The translations under genes and the position numbers were made by a program. From positions 1-46,914 of the IMG/VR virus record IMGVR_UViG_3300004213_000011: DNA of 46,914 nt; one strand, 5' to 3'. Positions within the stretch are counted from its first letter, which is position 1, and the number at the start of each line of letters is the position of its first letter. Positions 37,009 through 44,704 of the stretch are shown piece by piece. The notes below the pieces were generated by a model, which was not told where the DNA came from, ran no database searches, and saw nothing but the letters and a program-made list of their open reading frames with translations. Source of the DNA: a virus. Its lineage: Duplodnaviria > Caudoviricetes.

Positions 37009-37932
37009 TTAACGTAGGCTTAACCCTTCGCTATGTTTTTTATAAAAGTCGTCGTAATCTTTCTCTCCTGATTTAAGGCCGTATTCTTTCATGTAAGTTG
37101 TTAACTGAACACGGGTTTTTATGTTTGCGCCAGGGGCCGGTATCGGGTCGCCCGCCTTCCATTCTGCGCGGCCTCCGGTGCCACCACTGCCTGCCCCTTG
37201 CTGTTGGTGTCCTCCTTTTTCTTCGGTGAGGTCTTTAAAAAAATCGGTTACAATTTCTTTCGGAGTTAAGGCCAAAGCGGTTTTAGGATTAATTTGCAAA
37301 GTACCTGCCGCATCTTCAAAAACGGTTTTACCATCCTGCGCTTTTTTAGGCGTATAGGTTTTGTAGAACTTATTTAACCTAGCCTCCAGTACATCATCAG
37401 CAATATTGGTATATTCTTTTTTGATGTTAGCCCGGATAGTACCCAAAGCAGATTCTACTTGTCCTTCGACTTTGGCAGTGAAAATTGCCTGTTCTTTTTG
37501 GCTAAGCTCTTGGGTGTGGGTTTCTTGGGTGGTTTTGATAAGATCTTCAAGTTGTTTTATTCTTTTGGCCGCGTCTTTGTCTCCAAAACCTTCTTCCTGC
37601 TTTTTTTTCAGGTCGTCTAATTCTGTTTGCATGGTAGTAATACCTTGCTTATAAGTATTCATAGCCCGTACAAAGTATTCCGATGCTTTTTCCGTAGGAG
37701 ATGCTTTTTTAATACCGGTTAACTCTTCTACGGATTTTTCAACATTAGAATAAGCTGTAGGTTCCCGTTTGGTGAACTCCATTTCAACAAAATTCTTTTG
37801 GTACGTTTCGTCTTGTTTTGGAGTGCGTACTACAAACCCTTTATCAATTAAGGGTTTTAATAATTCATGCTCGGCGGCATCCCCGGCCAAAACTGGTTCT
37901 AATGCTGCTAATTCTTCTGGTGTAATTGGCAT
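37009..37932 (-). CDS. Capsid scaffolding protein
   Basis: Charged coiled coil, Gly-rich linker near the C-terminus, directly upstream of the capsid gene. Confidence 0.75.
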   Translation of the reverse strand: MPITPEELAALEPVLAGDAAEHELLKPLIDKGFVVRTPKQDETYQKNFVEMEFTKREPTAYSNVEKSVEELTGIKKASPTEKASEYFVRAMNTYKQGITTMQTELDDLKKKQEEGFGDKDAAKRIKQLEDLIKTTQETHTQELSQKEQAIFTAKVEGQVESALGTIRANIKKEYTNIADDVLEARLNKFYKTYTPKKAQDGKTVFEDAAGTLQINPKTALALTPKEIVTDFFKDLTEEKGGHQQQGAGSGGTGGRAEWKAGDPIPAPGANIKTRVQLTTYMKEYGLKSGEKDYDDFYKKHSEGLSLR

Positions 37933-37964
37933 AATCTTCCCTCGATTACGAGTTTTTAAATTGT

Positions 37965-38258
37965 TTATTTTAAAGGTTGTGTAACAAAAATTGTAATGTT
38001 TTCAGAGCGTTCTATTATTACCGGTGGGCTACCTTGCATAAACCCGGTGTTTACCTTATCCATTGCGCTCTGGTAATCGTTCTTTTTAAAACCCCTATGC
38101 AACTCTAAAGTATTAAATAAACTAACTAAAGCTCTTTTATCTATATCTTTCTTGTCTAGCACGGCTTTAATAGCATCAATTAACCCCTGCCCCTGGGTTT
38201 GCTCTTTTTCAAACGCTTCTATTGACTTTGGGCCTATATTATTAATAACGTTATCCAT
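37965..38258 (-). CDS. Hypothetical protein
   Basis: 97-aa ORF. Confidence 0.6.
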   Translation of the reverse strand: MDNVINNIGPKSIEAFEKEQTQGQGLIDAIKAVLDKKDIDKRALVSLFNTLELHRGFKKNDYQSAMDKVNTGFMQGSPPVIIERSENITIFVTQPLK

Positions 38259-38288
38259 AGTTGTGTATAAAATTGTTAATATGTTAAT

Positions 38289-38344
38289 AACCTAAGACGG
38301 GCCGGTCAACTTCTTAATGGTTCGCTCCGGCCCTATTCAGGGTT
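38289..38344 (-). other. Intergenic RNA stem-loop
   Basis: GGGCCGG/CCGGCCC 7-bp stem with outer AACC/GGTT and inner AAC/GTT pairing; no U tract. Confidence 0.5.
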
Positions 38345-38346
38345 TG

Positions 38347-39156
38347 TTATTGTTGAGGTTGAATCTTTTCTATTTCCTCGCTCAATTTTTTGGAGCTAAA
38401 GTCCTCTGGTGCTGGATGGCCTACAACTTTTTCATATTGTTCACGGAGTTTTTCTTTTGGCGTTTGCCCTTTAGCAACACCAGCAGGAGGGGTAACATTG
38501 TTAAGGTCTGCCCCGGTTACGTTTAACTGGTTGGGTTCATCGGTTCCGGTTTCAGTATTAGCCGTGCCGGAAACTTCTTCTGGTGTGCCGTTGGTTTGTT
38601 GGCCTGCATTTACACCTGAAACAGCCGTCATGCCCACAACCGGGCCGGTTCTTTCTTTGCTCGGCTCGTGGAAAACATTGTCTTTTGTTTGCACGTGGCG
38701 CCCTTCTACCATTAGGGAGCCGCGAGTTTGAGCCAGAGTTGAGGCAGCACTAGTGGCAATACTTCCGGTTGGGCCTGGGTCTAATACTTTGTTACCCAAT
38801 AGCGGGCCGGTATTTAATAGCTGTTTTGCACCGCCGCCTTCTAAATCATATCCCTCTGGAGAACTTATAACTTCTACCTCGTAAGCAGATAAAGAGCCGT
38901 TTTTACGGGCTTGTTCCCAATCTTGGGTAGTAAAGCTTTGCGGATAAGCTTTGTAAAGCGGGGCGGCGGTATTAGTATCATATCCCTTCATTCGCATATT
39001 GACGTGGATTAGATGCCGTTCGTGTTCCGGCACTACTGCCCCCGGATTGTTCTCCCCGGACGTTGCCATTACCGTTCCCATTTGCTGGTTCTGGAGTTTG
39101 TTTAGCTCTTCGGATGTCAAGTTGTGCGCTTGTTTTTTCTCGGTCTGTGTTGACAT
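38347..39156 (-). CDS. Head-module protein with low-complexity linker and C-terminal helix-extension-helix motif
   Basis: LREQYEKVVGHPAPEDFSSKKLSEEI C-terminus; lies between portal and scaffold. Confidence 0.6.
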   Translation of the reverse strand: MSTQTEKKQAHNLTSEELNKLQNQQMGTVMATSGENNPGAVVPEHERHLIHVNMRMKGYDTNTAAPLYKAYPQSFTTQDWEQARKNGSLSAYEVEVISSPEGYDLEGGGAKQLLNTGPLLGNKVLDPGPTGSIATSAASTLAQTRGSLMVEGRHVQTKDNVFHEPSKERTGPVVGMTAVSGVNAGQQTNGTPEEVSGTANTETGTDEPNQLNVTGADLNNVTPPAGVAKGQTPKEKLREQYEKVVGHPAPEDFSSKKLSEEIEKIQPQQ

Positions 39157-40900
39157 AACTTAATAAAGTTTTAGTGATTAAATCTATTTTAGTGTTAAAT
39201 TCCATTTTTATGCCAAACCGCAAAACATCTAACTGTTCAGCTTCAAAACGTTTAATATACGTATCAAAGTTTAATTTAAGTACGTAAAGTTCATGATTTA
39301 TTGTGCCAGGCATTGCCGCCTCTATTTCGGATAATTCTTTAAGGCTTTGATCTGGGTACGGCTCCAAGTGCGCTAGTATGTTTAACCGTTGCACCATTTC
39401 AGGATTATTTTTATATTTAGTGTGGTAAAGCGTTTTTAAAGATTCGGCTAAATGATAAGCAGGCATTCCGGCCTCTTTATCTTTTTGGTAACGTTCACTT
39501 AGTTCTTGTTCATCTATTAAATAGAATTCGTCCCCCATTATTACGGTGCTATCCACAAAACTAGCTCCGTAACGTAAAATAGCAACTGTTTCAAGACCCC
39601 ATTTTCTTGCACGTTCCACACATCCTTTTATCAATAAAAAAACGTTTTCTTTGCTAGTCAGGCCACTTTCTATCTGCTTTTCGTTTTTGGCCTGGTCGTT
39701 TACCGGCTCGCCTCCTTTGCCTACTACGCTAACAAAGAGCTTATCATATTTTTGCTCAAGGCGTTCCTGTGCATTTTTTAGGGCTGCAATATCTATTGTT
39801 ATTAACCCGGCTGGCTCCCTTAAATCAGCATCCGTATTGTCAACCGGGGCTTCTATTTGCTTAACACTACCAGGGCCGATATAATTATTTTTAGAACATT
39901 TAGGGCAAGGTTTTTTGTCTAACAATGCAGCCTTTTGGCCGGTTACTGATTCACTGTAGCCGGCAATATATCCTTTTTCGCATTTTGCGCCCTGGCCATC
40001 AGTATAATCACAGGCTTCATCATTCATGTACTCCCAATAAATAGGGTACGATCCGAAACTTTCAAAATATTCAGTACTTAAATCCCAAAAGAAAAGGTCG
40101 TCAAGTTTTCCAAGTTTGGCAGTTAACGGCCCTTTACGCTGTAGCAATTCTGGGCGACTCTGGGGTATATCCCAAAATACGCGGGCCGGGCAATAACCTA
40201 AACCAGATATTTTTTCGCCTGTTTCGGCGTAAAAAGAGTGTCGGGTTTCCACTGGAACGACTAACCGCCAATCATCCTCGCGGCGGTTACGAGTGTATTT
40301 TCTGTAATACGTATCATCAAATACGTATCTTACTAAATCGCCTTCATTAAAAATAACATAATCTATTTTACCTTCATAAGTTAATTCTACATCCCAAAGC
40401 AATTCAGGCTCCAGAAAATACATATACGGTTCCGGCAAATCGTTTTTTTGTTGGGCGGGCAGGTCTATGATTAATAGATTATTGATAGCGGTTTTGATAA
40501 CCTCAAACCCGGCGTTTTTAAAGAAGTTTTCTTCTTTTAAAACATCCGTTCTGTAAATATTAAAATCTTCATCGTAAGCATCATTAAGAAACTCAAATCT
40601 AGTAAATCCGTTTTCCCCCTCTAGTGCACGGCTCAACTCATTAAAAATACTTTCTGTTAAGTCTACAGTAGGGAGGGGAAACGTGATTAGTTTTGTTACT
40701 TGGTCATACTTTTCTTTAGGTAAAAAACCAGCAATCCACTTTAGCAAATCAGTGTAAGCCGGGCTTACCTCCGTTGCATCTAAAGCGGGTTCTACGTGCA
40801 ATCTAATCCTCTGATGCTGCTTGATGCACCTCTGGATCATTGCCTGATTTTTTGGTTTTTCGAACAGTTGTTGTATCTGCTCCCTTGACAAGTTTGCCAT
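38978..40900 (-). CDS. Portal protein (start revised to MANLSR)
   Basis: 640 aa, helical, between terminase and scaffold; HGLGYCP-like SGLGYCPA motif; Cys4 insertion. Confidence 0.75.
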   Translation of the reverse strand: MANLSREQIQQLFEKPKNQAMIQRCIKQHQRIRLHVEPALDATEVSPAYTDLLKWIAGFLPKEKYDQVTKLITFPLPTVDLTESIFNELSRALEGENGFTRFEFLNDAYDEDFNIYRTDVLKEENFFKNAGFEVIKTAINNLLIIDLPAQQKNDLPEPYMYFLEPELLWDVELTYEGKIDYVIFNEGDLVRYVFDDTYYRKYTRNRREDDWRLVVPVETRHSFYAETGEKISGLGYCPARVFWDIPQSRPELLQRKGPLTAKLGKLDDLFFWDLSTEYFESFGSYPIYWEYMNDEACDYTDGQGAKCEKGYIAGYSESVTGQKAALLDKKPCPKCSKNNYIGPGSVKQIEAPVDNTDADLREPAGLITIDIAALKNAQERLEQKYDKLFVSVVGKGGEPVNDQAKNEKQIESGLTSKENVFLLIKGCVERARKWGLETVAILRYGASFVDSTVIMGDEFYLIDEQELSERYQKDKEAGMPAYHLAESLKTLYHTKYKNNPEMVQRLNILAHLEPYPDQSLKELSEIEAAMPGTINHELYVLKLNFDTYIKRFEAEQLDVLRFGIKMEFNTKIDLITKTLLSYVNTDREKTSAQLDIRRAKQTPEPANGNGNGNVRGEQSGGSSAGTRTASNPRQYANEGI

Positions 40901-41066
40901 TAACAAATTGGTATTTAGATTTTGCGGGTAAACTCCAGTTTTTCTGGCCTCTGTCTTTTTCAAATTGCAAGAGGGCTTCGGCATGCTCCAGGGAAAATTC
41001 CCTTTTATTTGCTTCGTCCCCTCTTACAATAAGATCAACTGCTGGCCCGGTTTTCCGGTCTGCCAT
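40803..41066 (-). CDS. Small structural-module protein
   Basis: EFSLEHAEALL...W.LP..S.YQF motif; codon context fits the operon. Confidence 0.6.
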   Translation of the reverse strand: MADRKTGPAVDLIVRGDEANKREFSLEHAEALLQFEKDRGQKNWSLPAKSKYQFVNGKLVKGADTTTVRKTKKSGNDPEVHQAASED

Positions 41067-41068
41067 AA

Positions 41069-41701
41069 CTATACTAATTCAGCAAAGCTATAATCAGGGA
41101 TAGTCTGGGCAATATCAGAATCCCAGTCAGGCTGGAAGTTAAAACCAAAAGGAATTTTATCATCTTGGTTCAAACCTTCGGTTCCACGGGTGGAGTTACG
41201 GTAATTCAGGATAGGAATACCTACTGGTAAACCATCTGCATTAACGTTGTGAATCCAAACACCGTTTTTGTTCAGCAAAAAGGCGCCAATGCGTGGGAAC
41301 CCACCGCCCGCTTGAGAAACGCACCGGATTTGATCCAGGGCTTTTTTAACAGCAGGAGCCAGGTTACGGTAAAAACCAGAAGGCGAAACCGGGCCTTCTC
41401 CTAAATCAATCGGTAGACCGAAAGGCGTAGTATTATCTCCACCCGCTTCGGTTTGCGCCTCAGAAGAAGGAATAACAAAGTTGCTAATTGCCGGGGTTAA
41501 GGTTAACCGGGTTGCACCGGCGGCTGCTCTTAACGCATTAACGGCAGCAATGTCATTCAAACCGGCATCAGCGGTAAAGGTAGACGCGCCTCCTGGCTGC
41601 AATAGCTGAAACCCGATACGTACGATCTGGTCAATCTTAAAACCGCAATCCTCCGCGGGGACTAACGGTAGCTCCTCGGGAGCTGGACATGGACATCTCA
41701 T
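41069..41701 (-). CDS. Putative major tail (tube) protein
   Basis: 210 aa, Gly/Pro/beta-rich, N-terminal CPCP...C...QI..I.FQ motif; no other tube candidate in the genome. Confidence 0.5.
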   Translation of the reverse strand: MRCPCPAPEELPLVPAEDCGFKIDQIVRIGFQLLQPGGASTFTADAGLNDIAAVNALRAAAGATRLTLTPAISNFVIPSSEAQTEAGGDNTTPFGLPIDLGEGPVSPSGFYRNLAPAVKKALDQIRCVSQAGGGFPRIGAFLLNKNGVWIHNVNADGLPVGIPILNYRNSTRGTEGLNQDDKIPFGFNFQPDWDSDIAQTIPDYSFAELV

Positions 41702-41736
41702 TTTTTCATTTTTTTGGTGAAATTAATTTTACACGC

Positions 41737-41746
41737 CTAATATACG
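41737..41746 (-). promoter_or_regulatory. Variant promoter core CGTATATTAG
   Basis: One mismatch from the repeat core; same 10-mer upstream of terL. Confidence 0.5.
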
Positions 41747-41758
41747 GGGTTGAATGAA

Positions 41759-43249
41759 TTAATTGCGATTAATTATTTTTTTCTTATCTTTCCCGAAATA
41801 AAATTCAAGAAGCTGCATTACAAATATATCTACTTCGTCATCATGCGTACTGTTCGGGAATGCTGAACATTGATTTTTAAACGTTGTCGTCCAGCCGGAG
41901 CCATCTTCAATAAGTACTACCCGGCCTACCTGGATAATATCCGTTATTGCGTGGGCGCGTACTATTTTATCTTTATCGTCCATCCTTACACCCCGTACCC
42001 GTGGAAACTTGTATTGCTCGACGTTTACCGTTGTAGCCTTTTTTATAGATTGCACTACACTAAGGCCCGAGGCCTTTGGTTCAATTCTAATGTAACTTTT
42101 TAGGCCGTACCCGTTGGCCTGGGCAAATTCATCTATATATTCGCAAAGTGCTGGCAGTTCTTTTCGTACAGATTGCACCCGGCGTATATAGGTTATGTTA
42201 TCAACTAAGCAAGCCGACAATATTGCGGAGGGATCGTTTTGCGTTTTCTCTGTATAAGCTGTATCCACTTTGAACTGCCATATTACCTCCCGGTTTTTTG
42301 TTCTATCTAAAAACTCTGGCCAGGTGATTAAACCGAATTTTTCAGTTTTTATAATATTACCCTCTAATGGGCGCGGGTTTTGTTGGTATAAGCTGTTATA
42401 AGTCCGGGGGCTGCTTTCCTTTTGTTCTAATATTGTTTCTTTGCTGTGTTGCTCTTCCCATAGTGCTTCCCCTATTTGCCTGGGGTCGTTAGGGTTATTG
42501 TTATTTTCTTTTATTGCAGGTAAGCTTATAACCGTCCATTTCCTGGGCAAACCTTTTAACGCACGGGCATCGTCCTCTTTTAACAAGCGGCCCGCTAAAT
42601 CGTCTTCGTGCCAACGGGTTTGGAGGAGTAATTGTTGAGAGCCGTTATGGAGTCGGGTTTTGAATACGTCCGTATACCAAGCCCAGACATTCCGGCGTAT
42701 AATTTCGCTTTCTGCCTCTATCCTATCCTTAAAGGGGTCATCAATTATCCCTAAGTCTACAGACGTTCCAGTAAGCGGCCCCCGAACGTAAGCGGCTTTG
42801 AAAAAACCCCGGTGCCCGACAATTTCAAATACTTCACTATTCCGTAAAGTTGCCCCCTTTGCATCAGAGGCGACGTTTTTCCCGTTTAGTTTTGTATCCG
42901 GGAAAACAGAAGCGTAAGTACTAGTGTCTATTATTCTTTGTGCATCGCGGTTGAATCCGAAACTTAAATCCCCGCTATAACTACAAACAGCGATTCTGCA
43001 ATTGGGGTCTAAGCCTAGCTTGTAGGCCGGGAACTGGCGGCTACTTAATTCACTTTTCCCGTGCTGTGGAGGCACGAATATCATTAAATTGGTTATCTCC
43101 CTACGTGCAAACTTATCCAGTACCTCGCATATATATCTATGGTGCCAGTTAACACGGTAATCCGGTTTGTTGTGCAAAACAAAACGCAAAAATTTACGCT
43201 TAGCTAAGTTGTTTTGTACAGAAGAAAGGCGGGGTGCTTCTAAAACCAT
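41759..43249 (-). CDS. terL: Terminase large subunit (start revised to MVLEAP)
   Basis: Walker A PPQHGKS, Walker B GIIDDP, QTRWHEDDLAG, LYQQNP, VDTA, IEPKASG, FPN..HDDEVD. Confidence 0.95.
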   Translation of the reverse strand: MVLEAPRLSSVQNNLAKRKFLRFVLHNKPDYRVNWHHRYICEVLDKFARREITNLMIFVPPQHGKSELSSRQFPAYKLGLDPNCRIAVCSYSGDLSFGFNRDAQRIIDTSTYASVFPDTKLNGKNVASDAKGATLRNSEVFEIVGHRGFFKAAYVRGPLTGTSVDLGIIDDPFKDRIEAESEIIRRNVWAWYTDVFKTRLHNGSQQLLLQTRWHEDDLAGRLLKEDDARALKGLPRKWTVISLPAIKENNNNPNDPRQIGEALWEEQHSKETILEQKESSPRTYNSLYQQNPRPLEGNIIKTEKFGLITWPEFLDRTKNREVIWQFKVDTAYTEKTQNDPSAILSACLVDNITYIRRVQSVRKELPALCEYIDEFAQANGYGLKSYIRIEPKASGLSVVQSIKKATTVNVEQYKFPRVRGVRMDDKDKIVRAHAITDIIQVGRVVLIEDGSGWTTTFKNQCSAFPNSTHDDEVDIFVMQLLEFYFGKDKKKIINRN

Positions 43250-43253
43250 GCTG

Positions 43254-43263
43254 CTAATATACG
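43254..43263 (-). promoter_or_regulatory. Variant promoter core CGTATATTAG just upstream of terL
   Basis: Identical to 41737-41746; 4 nt from the ATG. Confidence 0.5.
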
Positions 43264-43274
43264 AAATAAAACGC

Positions 43275-43301
43275 AAAAAGGCCACCCGGTTAAAGGTGGC
43301 C
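43275..43301 (-). terminator. Intrinsic terminator closing the ncRNA unit
   Basis: GGCCACC-TTTAACCG-GGTGGCC followed by T5. Confidence 0.85.
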
Positions 43302-43652
43302 TTACTCATTTGAGAAACCGGGCAACTCATTTATATATCTTATATCACCGGTTTTAACACCAATTCGGGGTGTCGCCTGTCTTTTTAGCTTTAGTAGCTA
43401 TCTCTAAAACTAAAAAGCTTTTTCAGCGGGGAGACAGCTTTGCAGCTTACACATTTAACTTAACGTTAGCTATTCGTCAAATTAAATGCTTCTGTTTTCA
43501 CGCCTCCCCTATCGGGGTTTGTTGTGGAGTGTTTGGATCGAACCCAGGCGCCTTTTACACAGCCCACCCCATTTAACTTGTAAGTCCTATAATTAACGAC
43601 CTTTAGGTATTAGTAGCACGGAACGGTCATGCGGCCTACTTACAAGCTTGTT
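43275..43652 (-). ncRNA. Putative ~375-nt structured non-coding RNA
   Basis: No credible minus-strand ORF; own promoter and terminator; 9-, 15- and 14-bp stems with G-U pairs valid only on the minus strand; T-loop-like GGTTCGAT. Confidence 0.7.
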
Positions 43653-43656
43653 TTAA

Positions 43657-43670
43657 CAAATATACGTAAA
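43657..43670 (-). promoter_or_regulatory. Promoter of the ncRNA (TTTACGTATATTTG)
   Basis: Variant of the repeat core containing TATATTTG. Confidence 0.7.
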
Positions 43671-43697
43671 TAAAATAAAAAGTATACTTGTTTTGGT

Positions 43698-43724
43698 AAA
43701 AAAGCCACCTGGTTAAAAGTGGCC
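43698..43724 (-). terminator. Intrinsic terminator upstream of the ncRNA promoter
   Basis: GGCCACTT-TTAACC-AGGTGGCT followed by a T tract. Confidence 0.8.
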
Positions 43725-43749
43725 CTGGAGTATGCGAAACGCCAGTATT

Positions 43750-44037
43750 TTAATTTTTACTAAAGCTGTTTTTAACATTTTCTTCTCGTATCTTTTCAGA
43801 AGCAAAAGTAAGTAATTCTTCTTTCAAGCCATCCAGCGCTATCATACCCAAAAAATCTGGTAACCCTGGAATAAAGATAGTCATTGTTAAAAACATTTCA
43901 GTAGCTCCGCTATAAAAACAAGTTTTAATTTCTTCTTGCTTATCAGCTGGCATGTTTTTATAATCTTCATAATTTGCATCAATGAATTTTTGGAACATTG
44001 ATTGCATAAATAAAACTTCTTTGTTGTTGTCGTCCAT
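43750..44037 (-). CDS. Hypothetical phage protein
   Basis: Q.EE....FYSGA motif. Confidence 0.6.
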   Translation of the reverse strand: MDDNNKEVLFMQSMFQKFIDANYEDYKNMPADKQEEIKTCFYSGATEMFLTMTIFIPGLPDFLGMIALDGLKEELLTFASEKIREENVKNSFSKN

Positions 44038-44053
44038 AGTTTTAGGTTTTAAG

Positions 44054-44482
44054 TTAGCTTTTCATTTTTTCTACAAAGGCCCGAATATTAGCAGCTGCTT
44101 GTTCTTTTGTCGCGTTTTCATGTAAGCGATTGCCGCCGAATAATTTAGTGTCTTGTTTTCTTGGAAAAAATAAGTGATCGACCATCAGAGGATCTAATCC
44201 GAAAAACTCTACTAAAGACATATAAGGATTATAATCGTCTAAAGTGGGGTTTTTTAATACGGGGCCAGATAAATAATTAAACTCCCATAAATCTGGCCAT
44301 ATTATCGGACATTCTCCGGCTGCGCATCCATTAGTGCCGCATTCATTTGGGGGATATGAAACGATGTTGTCTAAAACATTTGTATTATAAGTGCTAAAAT
44401 CAAATACTTTATGGCCAAGTACTCCTATTTCTAAATGCTGGGCAAGCTGCAAAAGCTTATCAAATTGTATTTCTGTATTCAT
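44054..44482 (-). CDS. Hypothetical phage protein with CGTxxCxAG motif
   Basis: CGTNGCAAG, FFGL and LF.P motifs. Confidence 0.65.
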   Translation of the reverse strand: MNTEIQFDKLLQLAQHLEIGVLGHKVFDFSTYNTNVLDNIVSYPPNECGTNGCAAGECPIIWPDLWEFNYLSGPVLKNPTLDDYNPYMSLVEFFGLDPLMVDHLFFPRKQDTKLFGGNRLHENATKEQAAANIRAFVEKMKS

Positions 44483-44484
44483 AG

Positions 44485-44700
44485 TTATATAGATTCAATA
44501 AATTCAATAAATTCTTTTATTTGGTCTAAAGTGAAATAGTAATTATTATACCCCACAGTATCACAAAAATACTCGCCTTCGTTTAAGTGTTCAACTAAAA
44601 AAGGTCTCCCGTTTATTATCTTAACAAACACCCCGGAATCGGTAGCTTGGAAGCCTTGGGATACTAAGTACTTTACTATTTCTTGATGTTGCTTTGTCAT
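44485..44700 (-). CDS. Hypothetical protein
   Basis: 71-aa ORF. Confidence 0.55.
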   Translation of the reverse strand: MTKQHQEIVKYLVSQGFQATDSGVFVKIINGRPFLVEHLNEGEYFCDTVGYNNYYFTLDQIKEFIEFIESI

Positions 44701-44704
44701 GGCC

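Noticed and set aside
43250-43330. 27-aa N-terminal extension of TerL in the ORF track
   Set aside because: It runs through the terminator hairpin and promoter-like 10-mer; the ATG at 43249 is more plausible
43370-43576. 68-aa plus-strand ORF across the ncRNA
   Set aside because: Opposite to all other genes, GTG start, no motif; the stems with G-U pairs support a minus-strand RNA instead
43275-43652. The ncRNA as a standard tmRNA or a group I/II intron
   Set aside because: The acceptor-like halves are only ~46 nt apart with no tag reading frame between them; no intron core motifs were recognised and no gene is interrupted
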